Below are positions 19,400 to 26,926 of a DNA stretch of 29,447 nt, piece by piece. The notes under the pieces are model-generated. The model was not told where the DNA came from. It did not search any database and saw only the letters and a program-made list of their open reading frames with translations. A program made the position numbers and the translations under genes. Each line of letters begins with the position of its first letter. Positions within the stretch are counted from its first letter, which is position 1. This DNA comes from a virus. Its lineage: Duplodnaviria > Caudoviricetes. The stretch is taken from positions 1-29,447 of the IMG/VR virus record IMGVR_UViG_3300017658_000230; one strand, written 5' to 3'.

Positions 19400-21631
19400 A
19401 TGGATAAAAGCGCAGATTTAACATTTAATATCTCAGCTACAACGAATCAAACTATAACATCAAATATCCGTTTTTCTACACAAGATGAAGGTACAGCCAA
19501 GCTGACCTTCTTTTTATTTAAGGACGGTGTAGCTTTACCTTTAAACGCAGTTACAGGTAAATTAGCGCTACGAATGATTGATGGAAGTAAATTTGTTAAA
19601 ACAGTAACAATAGTTGATAAAGTAAATGGAATTGCTGAATACATACTAACGACAGAAGAATTAAAGCATTATGGAAAGATTAATGCAGAATTATATCTAA
19701 ACTATGACAACAATCAAAAGATGTCTGTTCATCGATTCTCTTTTGTCATCGAGCAGGCGCTGATCGATGCGGATATTGCAGTAGATACAGAGTTTTATGT
19801 AGATGATTTTTATACGATGAAAGAAGCCATCGAAACGATTGCTACAGAAACTCAAACCAATGTGGATTTAACAAAAGAAAAAGCAGATGAAATTATTAGT
19901 TTAATCGCAGAAAATGACGTTGCAAAGAAGTCGGAATTAGAAACCACTAATGCACAGTTGGCAACTAAAGTTGAATCGGCTGATTTTAACGAAAATAAAG
20001 CAGAAGTTTCTGCACAATTGACAGCTGTATCTAATGTCATTGTTAGCATAGATAAATTCCCTAGATTAGTTCCAGAAATAGTAGATACGTTTAGATTCCA
20101 AAGAGCGATGGATTGGCTGGAAAGTATAGGGGGAGGTTTATTATTTCTAGCTGCGGTTGAATATGTTTTAGGGCAAGTGAAGATTCCTAGTTATGTAGGT
20201 ATAACTGGCATATACAGAGCTTCTATTCTTAAAATGGCTGATAATACGAATAAGCCTATGCTTGTATTAAAATCTAATACTACACAAATGGTTTGTCTAA
20301 CTAATTTTATCATCAACGGTAATAAAGATAATCAAACTTCTAGCAGTGCAAGAGGAGTCGAATTTATTAATACCACGGATGCTGCACAAGTATTGGCAGC
20401 TAGTAATGTAGGAGAGCATGATTGTAGACATTTAATTAATGATATTTACATTTTCCAAACAAAGGGTGACGGTTTTTATATTGAAGGGCGTGGAGAATCT
20501 CAAATACACAAGCTTCAGACGTTAAATTGTGAAGGCGTTGGGATCTATGCTAATTCAGCTGATACATGGTATAACGATTGTTCTGCTGGAAATAGTGGGT
20601 TAGAAGGAATAATACAAGGAGTGAAGGCTACTAATAATCATTTTGATCATTGTAAATCATGGTTTAGTGGTCGAGTAGATGCTAGTCGTGGAGTAGGGCT
20701 CTTGCTCCTTGGTGATCGTGCTACTTTAACCATTTGTGAAGCACAAGATAACAGCAAACATGGATTTGTGTTTAGCGGAAAAGACATAGAAGGTTCTGGT
20801 CTTATGGCAGAAGCCAATGGATGGCAATATGCCACAGGCTCACAATGGTTGGATGGAACAGGTTTTCTATTTTATGGAGCTGAAAACTGTAATATCCATG
20901 GTGTAGCAGCTGACAGATTTGCTAATGAGGCAAGTGGAAGTCATCAAACATTTGCTGTTCAATTCTCAGGTGGGGCTAAAAATAATTTTGTTTGTGTAAC
21001 TTCAAGGAATATGAAGGCGGCAGCAATCCCAGTTACACAACTAAATGTTAATAACAATAGGTATATTATTACAGAAATTAAGGTTGATGGCACTTCTAAA
21101 CAAAGAGTTAACTTTCAACATCTAAACATCAATATGGATAATCCATCAGACGTTACTGCTGTTTATACACGGTCACTTCAAACTTTAGGACACCAATATG
21201 GACACATTACAAGGTTTGATACAGATGAGGAAGAGTCTGTTATGCATCGATGGGAAAAATACAATGCTGCGGGTGTTTATAAAGGAAGATGGGACTTCAT
21301 TATTAACCACGCCACTAAAAATGCAAAATTGGCATCAGTAGATGGTGGATGGTTAGAAATAGATTCTATCTTAAAGGTAAAAGACAGTGCTTGGAATGGG
21401 AAACATTTTATGCTGGGGGGATTCCACTTATGGATCGATAGCAAGAATGTAATGAGATATAAAAGTAATACACCAACATCTGAATTTGACGGCTTGCCAC
21501 TAGGAGATGACGGCGTTTCTTCTATTTCTTCTGCGCCAACTCGAGTCAGACAAATGGCAACTGTAAATGGAATTGCTTATATTGCTGTCGGTACATCTTC
21601 TCCAGATGACTGGAAGCAGATCACTAATTAG
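19400..21631 (+). CDS. BppU-type upper baseplate N-terminus fused to a pectate-lyase-like beta-helix (tail fibre/spike)
   Basis: FSTQDEGTAKLTF...GIAEYIL...YGKINAELYL BppU-N motif; beta-helix (INGNKDNQ, EAQDN); C-terminal GTSSPDDWKQI. Confidence 0.8.
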   Translation: MDKSADLTFNISATTNQTITSNIRFSTQDEGTAKLTFFLFKDGVALPLNAVTGKLALRMIDGSKFVKTVTIVDKVNGIAEYILTTEELKHYGKINAELYLNYDNNQKMSVHRFSFVIEQALIDADIAVDTEFYVDDFYTMKEAIETIATETQTNVDLTKEKADEIISLIAENDVAKKSELETTNAQLATKVESADFNENKAEVSAQLTAVSNVIVSIDKFPRLVPEIVDTFRFQRAMDWLESIGGGLLFLAAVEYVLGQVKIPSYVGITGIYRASILKMADNTNKPMLVLKSNTTQMVCLTNFIINGNKDNQTSSSARGVEFINTTDAAQVLAASNVGEHDCRHLINDIYIFQTKGDGFYIEGRGESQIHKLQTLNCEGVGIYANSADTWYNDCSAGNSGLEGIIQGVKATNNHFDHCKSWFSGRVDASRGVGLLLLGDRATLTICEAQDNSKHGFVFSGKDIEGSGLMAEANGWQYATGSQWLDGTGFLFYGAENCNIHGVAADRFANEASGSHQTFAVQFSGGAKNNFVCVTSRNMKAAAIPVTQLNVNNNRYIITEIKVDGTSKQRVNFQHLNINMDNPSDVTAVYTRSLQTLGHQYGHITRFDTDEEESVMHRWEKYNAAGVYKGRWDFIINHATKNAKLASVDGGWLEIDSILKVKDSAWNGKHFMLGGFHLWIDSKNVMRYKSNTPTSEFDGLPLGDDGVSSISSAPTRVRQMATVNGIAYIAVGTSSPDDWKQITN

Positions 21632-21649
21632 AAGGAGGTTTCTTTTTTT

Positions 21650-21964
21650 ATGAGAGAAGTAAATAAAACAATTGAGGTAAATTCAATTGTTAAAGTGAAT
21701 AAGACGATAAAATACGAAGATATAACCATGTACTCGGTAAATACGCAAAATAAAGTGATTACAGCCATTCTTTCAAGTAAAGATGAACAGCAAACAGAAA
21801 TCAACTCTGAGAATTTTGAGATAACTGGCGATAATTACAACTTGTTAATGTCAGATTCTCCTAGTTTTGCACCAGGAAAGCCATCAGATGATTTCCGAAG
21901 GGAAGACTTATTTTATATAATCGATAAGATTAGAGATGAACAGCAAACACCACTTAATGAGTAG
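21650..21964 (+). CDS. Hypothetical protein, probable tail-fibre partner/chaperone (104 aa)
   Basis: RBS AAGGAGG; directly follows the fibre gene. Confidence 0.6.
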   Translation: MREVNKTIEVNSIVKVNKTIKYEDITMYSVNTQNKVITAILSSKDEQQTEINSENFEITGDNYNLLMSDSPSFAPGKPSDDFRREDLFYIIDKIRDEQQTPLNE

Positions 21965-21976
21965 GTGTATTTTTTT
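21947..21976 (+). terminator. Possible terminator closing the tail operon
   Basis: ACACC-ACT...AGT-A-GGTGT followed by a T-run. Confidence 0.45.
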
Positions 21977-22010
21977 ATGAAAAAATTTCATGGAAAGTTG
22001 GCGGTAAACT

Positions 22011-22160
22011 GTGACGGTTAAACAATTAAAAGAATTTCTTGAAAATATTCCTGATGATTATACTGTGGAAGTAGATGATTCTTATAACCAAACTTATTGG
22101 AAACTTGGAGATGAAACAGAAATTATAATCCATAAAGAAAGTAAAACAATTGTGTTTTAG
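22011..22160 (+). CDS. Small hypothetical protein (49 aa; absent from the ORF track)
   Basis: Translated by hand as MTVKQLKEFLENIPDDYTVEV...KESKTIVF*; GTG start with RBS-like GGCGGT. Confidence 0.6.
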   Translation: MTVKQLKEFLENIPDDYTVEVDDSYNQTYWKLGDETEIIIHKESKTIVF

Positions 22161-22226
22161 TATGGAGTAGGATACTACTGTGCAGCACTGATAATTAAAA
22201 AATAAGGAAAAAAAGAAGCCCCTTTC

Positions 22227-22388
22227 CTATTCGGATTGGGACTTTTCTAATCCTTTTATTATTAATTGTCTGATAGCTTCATTTCGATTTTTAATTTTAT
22301 TCTCATGCCAGTAATTATGTATCTCTTCCAATAATTCATTTGGAAAGGTAACTAATACTTGTGTATTCTTTTCTTTATCAACTGCCAA
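22227..22388 (-). CDS. Ribbon-helix-helix (CopG-like) DNA-binding protein (53 aa)
   Basis: RBS AGGAGGTG before TTG 22388; QVLVTFPNELLEEI...NRNEAIRQLI is a beta-alpha-alpha pattern. Confidence 0.82.
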   Translation of the reverse strand: MAVDKEKNTQVLVTFPNELLEEIHNYWHENKIKNRNEAIRQLIIKGLEKSQSE

Positions 22389-22409
22389 ATTTATACACCT
22401 CCTAAAAGT

Positions 22410-22433
22410 ATTATAAGTTATATAACTTATAAT
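22410..22433. repeat. Perfect 24-bp palindrome ATTATAAGTTATATAACTTATAAT (probable RHH operator)
   Basis: Read directly. A 15/16 copy of its core (TATAAGTCATATAACT) recurs at 22468-22483. Confidence 0.85.
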
Positions 22434-22461
22434 TGACAATAAGAATATTCGTTCTTATAAT
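22433..22461 (+). promoter_or_regulatory. Consensus sigma-A promoter for the recombinase, with a LexA (Cheo)-box-like site in the spacer
   Basis: TTGACA(22433-38)-17 bp-TATAAT(22456-61). AGAATATTCGTTCT at 22442-22455 has one mismatch to GAAC-N4-GTTC. Confidence 0.8.
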
Positions 22462-22505
22462 AGGTTATATAAGTCATATAACTACATGTGGATGAGGTGA
22501 TTAAA

Positions 22506-23510
22506 TTGGATGTAATTGATTTTGCGAAGGAACAGTTGTTAAATGATTTGGCTGAATTGGAAAACGCTCGGAAAAGTAAGGATTATGATGATGACAGATA
22601 CAAATTAAAGTTAGCTGGTATTTTATCAAATTACGATGTGAAACGTGAAACTAATGAGGTATTTGATTCTGACATACAGGAAAAAATCAGTGTGTTTCTT
22701 TCAGCTAAGAAAATTGAAGGGTTGTCTCCTAAAACTTTAGAAAATTATCGTCTTGAGTTAAATCTCTTTGATAAGGCTTTAATTAAGAATGTTTCTGATA
22801 TCACTTCTAATGACATACGTTTATACTTATCAAGATACGACAATTTAAAAATGTCCACTATAAGAAAGAAATTATGGGTTCTGAAAAGTTTCTTTGGATG
22901 GTTGCATACAGAAGAAGTTATTTCAAGAAATCCAACTGCAAAAGTAAAACCACCTAAAGTAGAATCGTTAATGGTGAAAACTTTTAGCATAGAAGAATTA
23001 GAAATGATGAGGGAATCTTGTCAGACACTAAGAGAAAGAACATTAGTCGAATGTCTCTATAGTTCTGGAGCAAGATTAAGCGAGTTGCAGCAATTAAATA
23101 TTAGTGATGTAGATTTTCAAGATAAGAGTAGTAAGGTAATCGGTAAAGGGCAGAAGGAGCGAATTGTCTATTTTTCTATTAAGGCAATTTTCTATTTGAG
23201 AAAGTATTTAAGAAGTAGAAATGATGATTGTGAAGCGTTATTTATCACACAAAGAAAACCTTACAGAAGGATAACTAATCGTGGAATACAAAGAGAAATA
23301 AGAATAATTAGTGAGCGAGCAGGTATCTCTCAAAATATTAGTCCTCACTGGTATCGTAGGAGCATGGCTACAAACATGATGGAAAAAGGTGCTTCATTAT
23401 CAGCAGTTCAGCATATACTTGGTCACTCTTCACCAAACACTACACAACTTTATTGTAATGTGCCTGAAGAGATGAAGAAAGAACAACATAGAAAATATTT
23501 ACCGTTATGA
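22506..23510 (+). CDS. Tyrosine recombinase, XerC/XerD-like with N-terminal SAM-like domain
   Basis: Complete catalytic set: SGARLSEL (R), GKGQK (K), HWYRR (HxxR), LGH, TQLY. The RBS GAGGTGA favours TTG 22506. Confidence 0.93.
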   Translation: MDVIDFAKEQLLNDLAELENARKSKDYDDDRYKLKLAGILSNYDVKRETNEVFDSDIQEKISVFLSAKKIEGLSPKTLENYRLELNLFDKALIKNVSDITSNDIRLYLSRYDNLKMSTIRKKLWVLKSFFGWLHTEEVISRNPTAKVKPPKVESLMVKTFSIEELEMMRESCQTLRERTLVECLYSSGARLSELQQLNISDVDFQDKSSKVIGKGQKERIVYFSIKAIFYLRKYLRSRNDDCEALFITQRKPYRRITNRGIQREIRIISERAGISQNISPHWYRRSMATNMMEKGASLSAVQHILGHSSPNTTQLYCNVPEEMKKEQHRKYLPL

Positions 23511-23532
23511 GAGCCGAAGAAGGCTCTTTTTT
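23510..23532 (+). terminator. Rho-independent terminator
   Basis: AGAGCC-GAAGAA-GGCTCT followed by a T-run. Confidence 0.7.
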
Positions 23533-23560
23533 ATTGTCCATTTTAAGGAGGTGATTCCAA

Positions 23561-23755
23561 ATGGAGCAACGTGTTTCAAAACTAGAAGATGAAATGAAGG
23601 ATGTAAAAACTCGTTTGGCGGTAGCTGAGTCTAACATTAAGGATATTAAAGAAGATATTTCTTCAATAAAAAGTAATACAACATGGCTATTAAGGATTGT
23701 AGTAGCAGCAATAATCGCAGCCATATTTGGATTGATTTTAAAAGGAGGGGTTTAG
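23561..23755 (+). CDS. XhlA-family lysis/holin-associated protein
   Basis: Coiled coil followed by NTTWLLRIVVAAII and a single C-terminal transmembrane segment. Confidence 0.82.
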   Translation: MEQRVSKLEDEMKDVKTRLAVAESNIKDIKEDISSIKSNTTWLLRIVVAAIIAAIFGLILKGGV

Positions 23756-23980
23756 ATGGATAAAGCAAGTGTTACACGATTTGCTTTGTTAATTGTAGCA
23801 GTGATAAATTCTGTGCTAAACATGCTAGGCTACGAAACTATTCCTGAAAATTTAGTTAATGATATCATCGCTGTTGGATCAGGTTTATACATATTGTACG
23901 CAGGATGGAAGAACAATTACTTAAGTAAAAAAGGATTAAAACAGAAAGAAATACTTAAAGAAAATGACTTAGCAAAGTAG
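23756..23980 (+). CDS. Holin (SPP1 family)
   Basis: MDKASVTRFALLIVAVIN...WKNNYLSKKG pattern. Confidence 0.88.
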   Translation: MDKASVTRFALLIVAVINSVLNMLGYETIPENLVNDIIAVGSGLYILYAGWKNNYLSKKGLKQKEILKENDLAK

Positions 23981-24011
23981 GAGTGATAACTAAAGGTTAT
24001 CGCTCTTTTTT
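23980..24011 (+). terminator. Rho-independent terminator between holin and lysin
   Basis: GAGTGATAAC-TAAAG-GTTATCGCTC followed by a T-run. Confidence 0.65.
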
Positions 24012-24038
24012 ATTACAAAAAATTAGGAGGAATTTATA

Positions 24039-24764
24039 ATGGCATTCACACCTAAATACAATGAAAGAAATTTAAAAAACTTAGCTCAACTTGGTGACAA
24101 TACTAAGAAGAAAGCTATCCAATGGTACGAATATTTAGTTGAGAATGAAATTGAAGTATTAATTTATGAAACTATTCGTTCCGTTGAAACACAAAAAGCA
24201 AATGTAGCTAAAGGCGCTTCTCAAACAATGAAATCCTATCATATTGTAGGTCAAGCATTAGACTTTGTAATGATTGATTCTAAAGGTAATGCATTATGGA
24301 GTGGCTACGGTTCTTCTGATGCTAAAAAGGCTATTGTAAAAGCTAAATCATTAGGTTTTGAATGGGGCGGAGATTGGTCAGGATTTGTAGATAAACCACA
24401 TTTACAGTACAACTATAAAGGCTATGGCACAGATACCTTTAAAACCAAAGGTGACGCTATTTCTTTATCTGAAGCTAAAAAATCCACATCTAAAACAACT
24501 ACAACAGTTAAGGAAACTGAAACAAAGAAATCTACATATACTTTACCAACTAGTACATACAAAAAAGGCTCTAAAGGTGCTGCTGTAAAACAAATTCAAG
24601 AAGCGTTGAATAAACTTTACTTCAAATGTGGAACTGCTGACGGTATTTGGGGGGCTAAAACAGATGATGCGCTAAGACGTTTCCAAAGTGTTTATTGCAA
24701 CCCTGTAGATGGTATTTATGGCAAGAATACTCGTGCTGCTATGTTAAAACAATTGAATAAGTAA
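24039..24764 (+). CDS. Endolysin: M15 L-Ala-D-Glu peptidase (Ply500/CwlK-like) plus PG_binding_1 domain
   Basis: R..ETQ, SYHIVGQALD and WGGDW..FVDKPHLQ motifs; Thr/Lys linker; KKGSKG.AVKQIQ...ADGIWGAKT...VDGIYG. Confidence 0.93.
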   Translation: MAFTPKYNERNLKNLAQLGDNTKKKAIQWYEYLVENEIEVLIYETIRSVETQKANVAKGASQTMKSYHIVGQALDFVMIDSKGNALWSGYGSSDAKKAIVKAKSLGFEWGGDWSGFVDKPHLQYNYKGYGTDTFKTKGDAISLSEAKKSTSKTTTTVKETETKKSTYTLPTSTYKKGSKGAAVKQIQEALNKLYFKCGTADGIWGAKTDDALRRFQSVYCNPVDGIYGKNTRAAMLKQLNK

Positions 24765-24824
24765 AACGTCTATACTTGAATAAAAATAAATCGCTTGGGC
24801 AAATATATTAAAAAACTCTAAGGA

Positions 24825-25124
24825 ATGAACTTGATGAAAAAGAGATATTTATTATTTGCCTTTCTTTGTTTATTTTTAATAATGTCAGTTGCAACAAATC
24901 CTTCTGATAAAGATGAATATGCTGATTGGGTAGGCAATCAGATTAAACAAGAAGAAGGTTCCTTATTAGGAATGATTGGTGGATCTCTTATTAAATTAGG
25001 AACATCAAAAAAGGATTTTGTTTTGTTTACTATATATGAGACAAAATTTGATGAAAATGATAAAAAGCCATTGTTGGCATTAGGGATATTCAATAATTTT
25101 ATTTGGTTGCAAGAAGGGGAGTAG
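24825..25124 (+). CDS. Membrane-anchored/exported moron protein (DUF4359-like)
   Basis: Signal/TM segment followed by TNPS.DEY..W; LGIFNNFI C-terminus. Confidence 0.55.
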   Translation: MNLMKKRYLLFAFLCLFLIMSVATNPSDKDEYADWVGNQIKQEEGSLLGMIGGSLIKLGTSKKDFVLFTIYETKFDENDKKPLLALGIFNNFIWLQEGE

Positions 25125-25140
25125 CTTATTTTGCTACTCT

Positions 25141-25338
25141 CTATTTTTTTATCCAAATTTCACGCATATCCATGTTTAATTCTTCAGAAATACTATACAA
25201 AACCTTAAATGAAGGGAACGATTTATTATTGACTATGGCACTTAAAGCTCCAGAACTAACTCCAATCTTTTTAGCAAATTCTCCTTGATGAATTTCTCTC
25301 TCCGCAAAAATTACTTTCAGTCGACATCTATACTCCAT
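25141..25338 (-). CDS. Cro/C1-type HTH transcriptional regulator
   Basis: RLKVIFAEREIHQGEFAKKIGVSSGALSAIVNNKSFPS; RBS GAGGTG before ATG 25338. Confidence 0.88.
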   Translation of the reverse strand: MEYRCRLKVIFAEREIHQGEFAKKIGVSSGALSAIVNNKSFPSFKVLYSISEELNMDMREIWIKK

Positions 25339-25408
25339 CTTAAACACCTCATTTTATTAATTCTCCATAACTTTCTATACTCCTTTTAAAAATATTTCAG
25401 TGGACAAG

Positions 25409-25438
25409 ATATATTGGACAAACCAATCTTCATACCAT
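25409..25438 (+). promoter_or_regulatory. Putative sporulation sigma-E (or sigma-K) promoter for the ftsK module
   Basis: ATATATT-N15-CATACCAT compared with sigma-E consensus (T/G)(C/A)ATA..-N14/15-CATACA.T. Confidence 0.5.
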
Positions 25439-25594
25439 TTAATATACCAAATGAATTACCACCCTAGTAGCTTGATCGAGCATATGCCAGATCTCTTTAT
25501 ACCAGTATCTGAAGCTATCTTTTTAGAATGCTAGATGAATGGGATAGATACTATGTATCTATAAAGAGGTGGCGTAGGAAAGGAGGAATATCAA

Positions 25595-26926
25595 TTGATT
25601 TTTGAAGCTGTTACAACAGTGTTGATGGGAGGTTTAGCTCTACAAGCTCATCTCTCAAAAAACGGAGTTGGAAATGACTCGAAAAAATTAAACAAAATAT
25701 TTGCTCTCACAGGACTTAATGTAAAGGACGGAACACAAACACTTACTACTCAATTAGTAAAGAAACGCAATTATGATTGGGGGACTGAATATCGTTACAG
25801 AATCCCTTTAGGAAGGAGCTTTGAGGACTATATCGCCAAACAAAAATCGATTGAAGCAGGGATAAATACACGTACAGTTAAACTTCAAATAGGAGATCTA
25901 AAACAGCTTAAATTAGACCGGAATATTGTTCAGAGTATTAGAAGTCTCTATAAGAGAAAACTCACTGAGAGGAAGGAAATAGAGCTATCCTATGATGGAA
26001 TGTTAATCATCCGTGTGTATGATGAGCCAATGCCAACATTAGTCGAAATGTTTAATGGAAAAGGTTGGTCTGTTCCAATTGGAATTATTAGAGAAAAGAA
26101 CAAATCTATATTTCACGACTTTGAAAAAATTCCACACTTTGTATTAGGCGGAGCCACACGATATGGAAAATCGAACTTAATTAATGGTATTATTGCTTCT
26201 TTAATTAAACAACAGCCGAATCATGTAAAGCTTCATCTTGTGGACTTAAAAGGTGGCGTGGAACTATGTGACTATGAAAATATTAAGCAGACTGTTTCTA
26301 TCGCATATGAGCCAGAAGAAGCCAGGGATGTTTTAGCATCTGCCTATGAAGAAATGAGAAAGATGCAACAAAGGGTTAGAAAGCTGGGGAAAAAGAATGT
26401 CCAAGAAGCTGGCATAAAAGAAAGGCATTTTATCATCATTGATGAAGTTGGAGAATTAAATCCTGATGAAGCAGTAGATAAAAAGGATGTAAAAAAAGAT
26501 GGATTTGTCATTCATAAAAGTGAAAAAACATTAAAAGAAGAATGCCAAAAATATATGAGTCAAATATCGCGATTAGGTGCAGGCTTAGGATTTCGTTTAA
26601 TTCTAGCGACACAATACGGAACAGGAGATATCATACCTAGACAATGCAAACAAAATAGTGATGCAAAATTATGCTTTCGTGTCCAGTCTTCCACAGCATC
26701 AAGAGTTGTGTTAGATGGAGAAGGGGCAGAGAAATTACCCGAAATAAAAGGTCGTGCCATATATCAAACAGCCGATAAAAAAGTCATAGTTCAAACTCCA
26801 CTAATAACTTCAGAAATTATCCATTCCATTATTAATCCACACATAAAAGAGGTGAAACCAGTTGAAACAGCTAAACAAGCGTCAAGAAGCAATCCTATTA
26901 TCATTAAAAAAACTGGACTTTCTTAA
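25595..26926 (+). CDS. FtsK/SpoIIIE-family ATPase
   Basis: Walker A GGATRYGKS, VDLKGGVEL, Walker B IIIDE, RLGAGLG.RLILATQ and GAEKLP..KGRA motifs; hydrophobic N-terminus; RBS AAGGAGG. Confidence 0.92.
   Translation: MIFEAVTTVLMGGLALQAHLSKNGVGNDSKKLNKIFALTGLNVKDGTQTLTTQLVKKRNYDWGTEYRYRIPLGRSFEDYIAKQKSIEAGINTRTVKLQIGDLKQLKLDRNIVQSIRSLYKRKLTERKEIELSYDGMLIIRVYDEPMPTLVEMFNGKGWSVPIGIIREKNKSIFHDFEKIPHFVLGGATRYGKSNLINGIIASLIKQQPNHVKLHLVDLKGGVELCDYENIKQTVSIAYEPEEARDVLASAYEEMRKMQQRVRKLGKKNVQEAGIKERHFIIIDEVGELNPDEAVDKKDVKKDGFVIHKSEKTLKEECQKYMSQISRLGAGLGFRLILATQYGTGDIIPRQCKQNSDAKLCFRVQSSTASRVVLDGEGAEKLPEIKGRAIYQTADKKVIVQTPLITSEIIHSIINPHIKEVKPVETAKQASRSNPIIIKKTGLS

Noticed and set aside
19400-22200. Classic Gin/Cin-type invertible tail-fibre segment, or a diversity-generating retroelement
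   Set aside because: No inverted alternative fibre 3' end, no long inverted repeats, and no reverse transcriptase or TR/VR pair were seen.
22410-22433. Palindrome as a protelomerase (tel) or loxP-like site
   Set aside because: It shares only ATAACTT with loxP and has no spacer. The phage is chromosomally integrated, and the overlap with promoters favours an operator.
22506-23510. Recombinase as the prophage integrase or host xerC/xerD
   Set aside because: It is about 5 kb from attR and embedded between tail and lysis genes with a dedicated RHH partner. It is not in a host context, and no dif-like site was recognised.
25451-25534. 27-codon uORF in the ftsK leader
   Set aside because: No RBS and no recognisable sequence.
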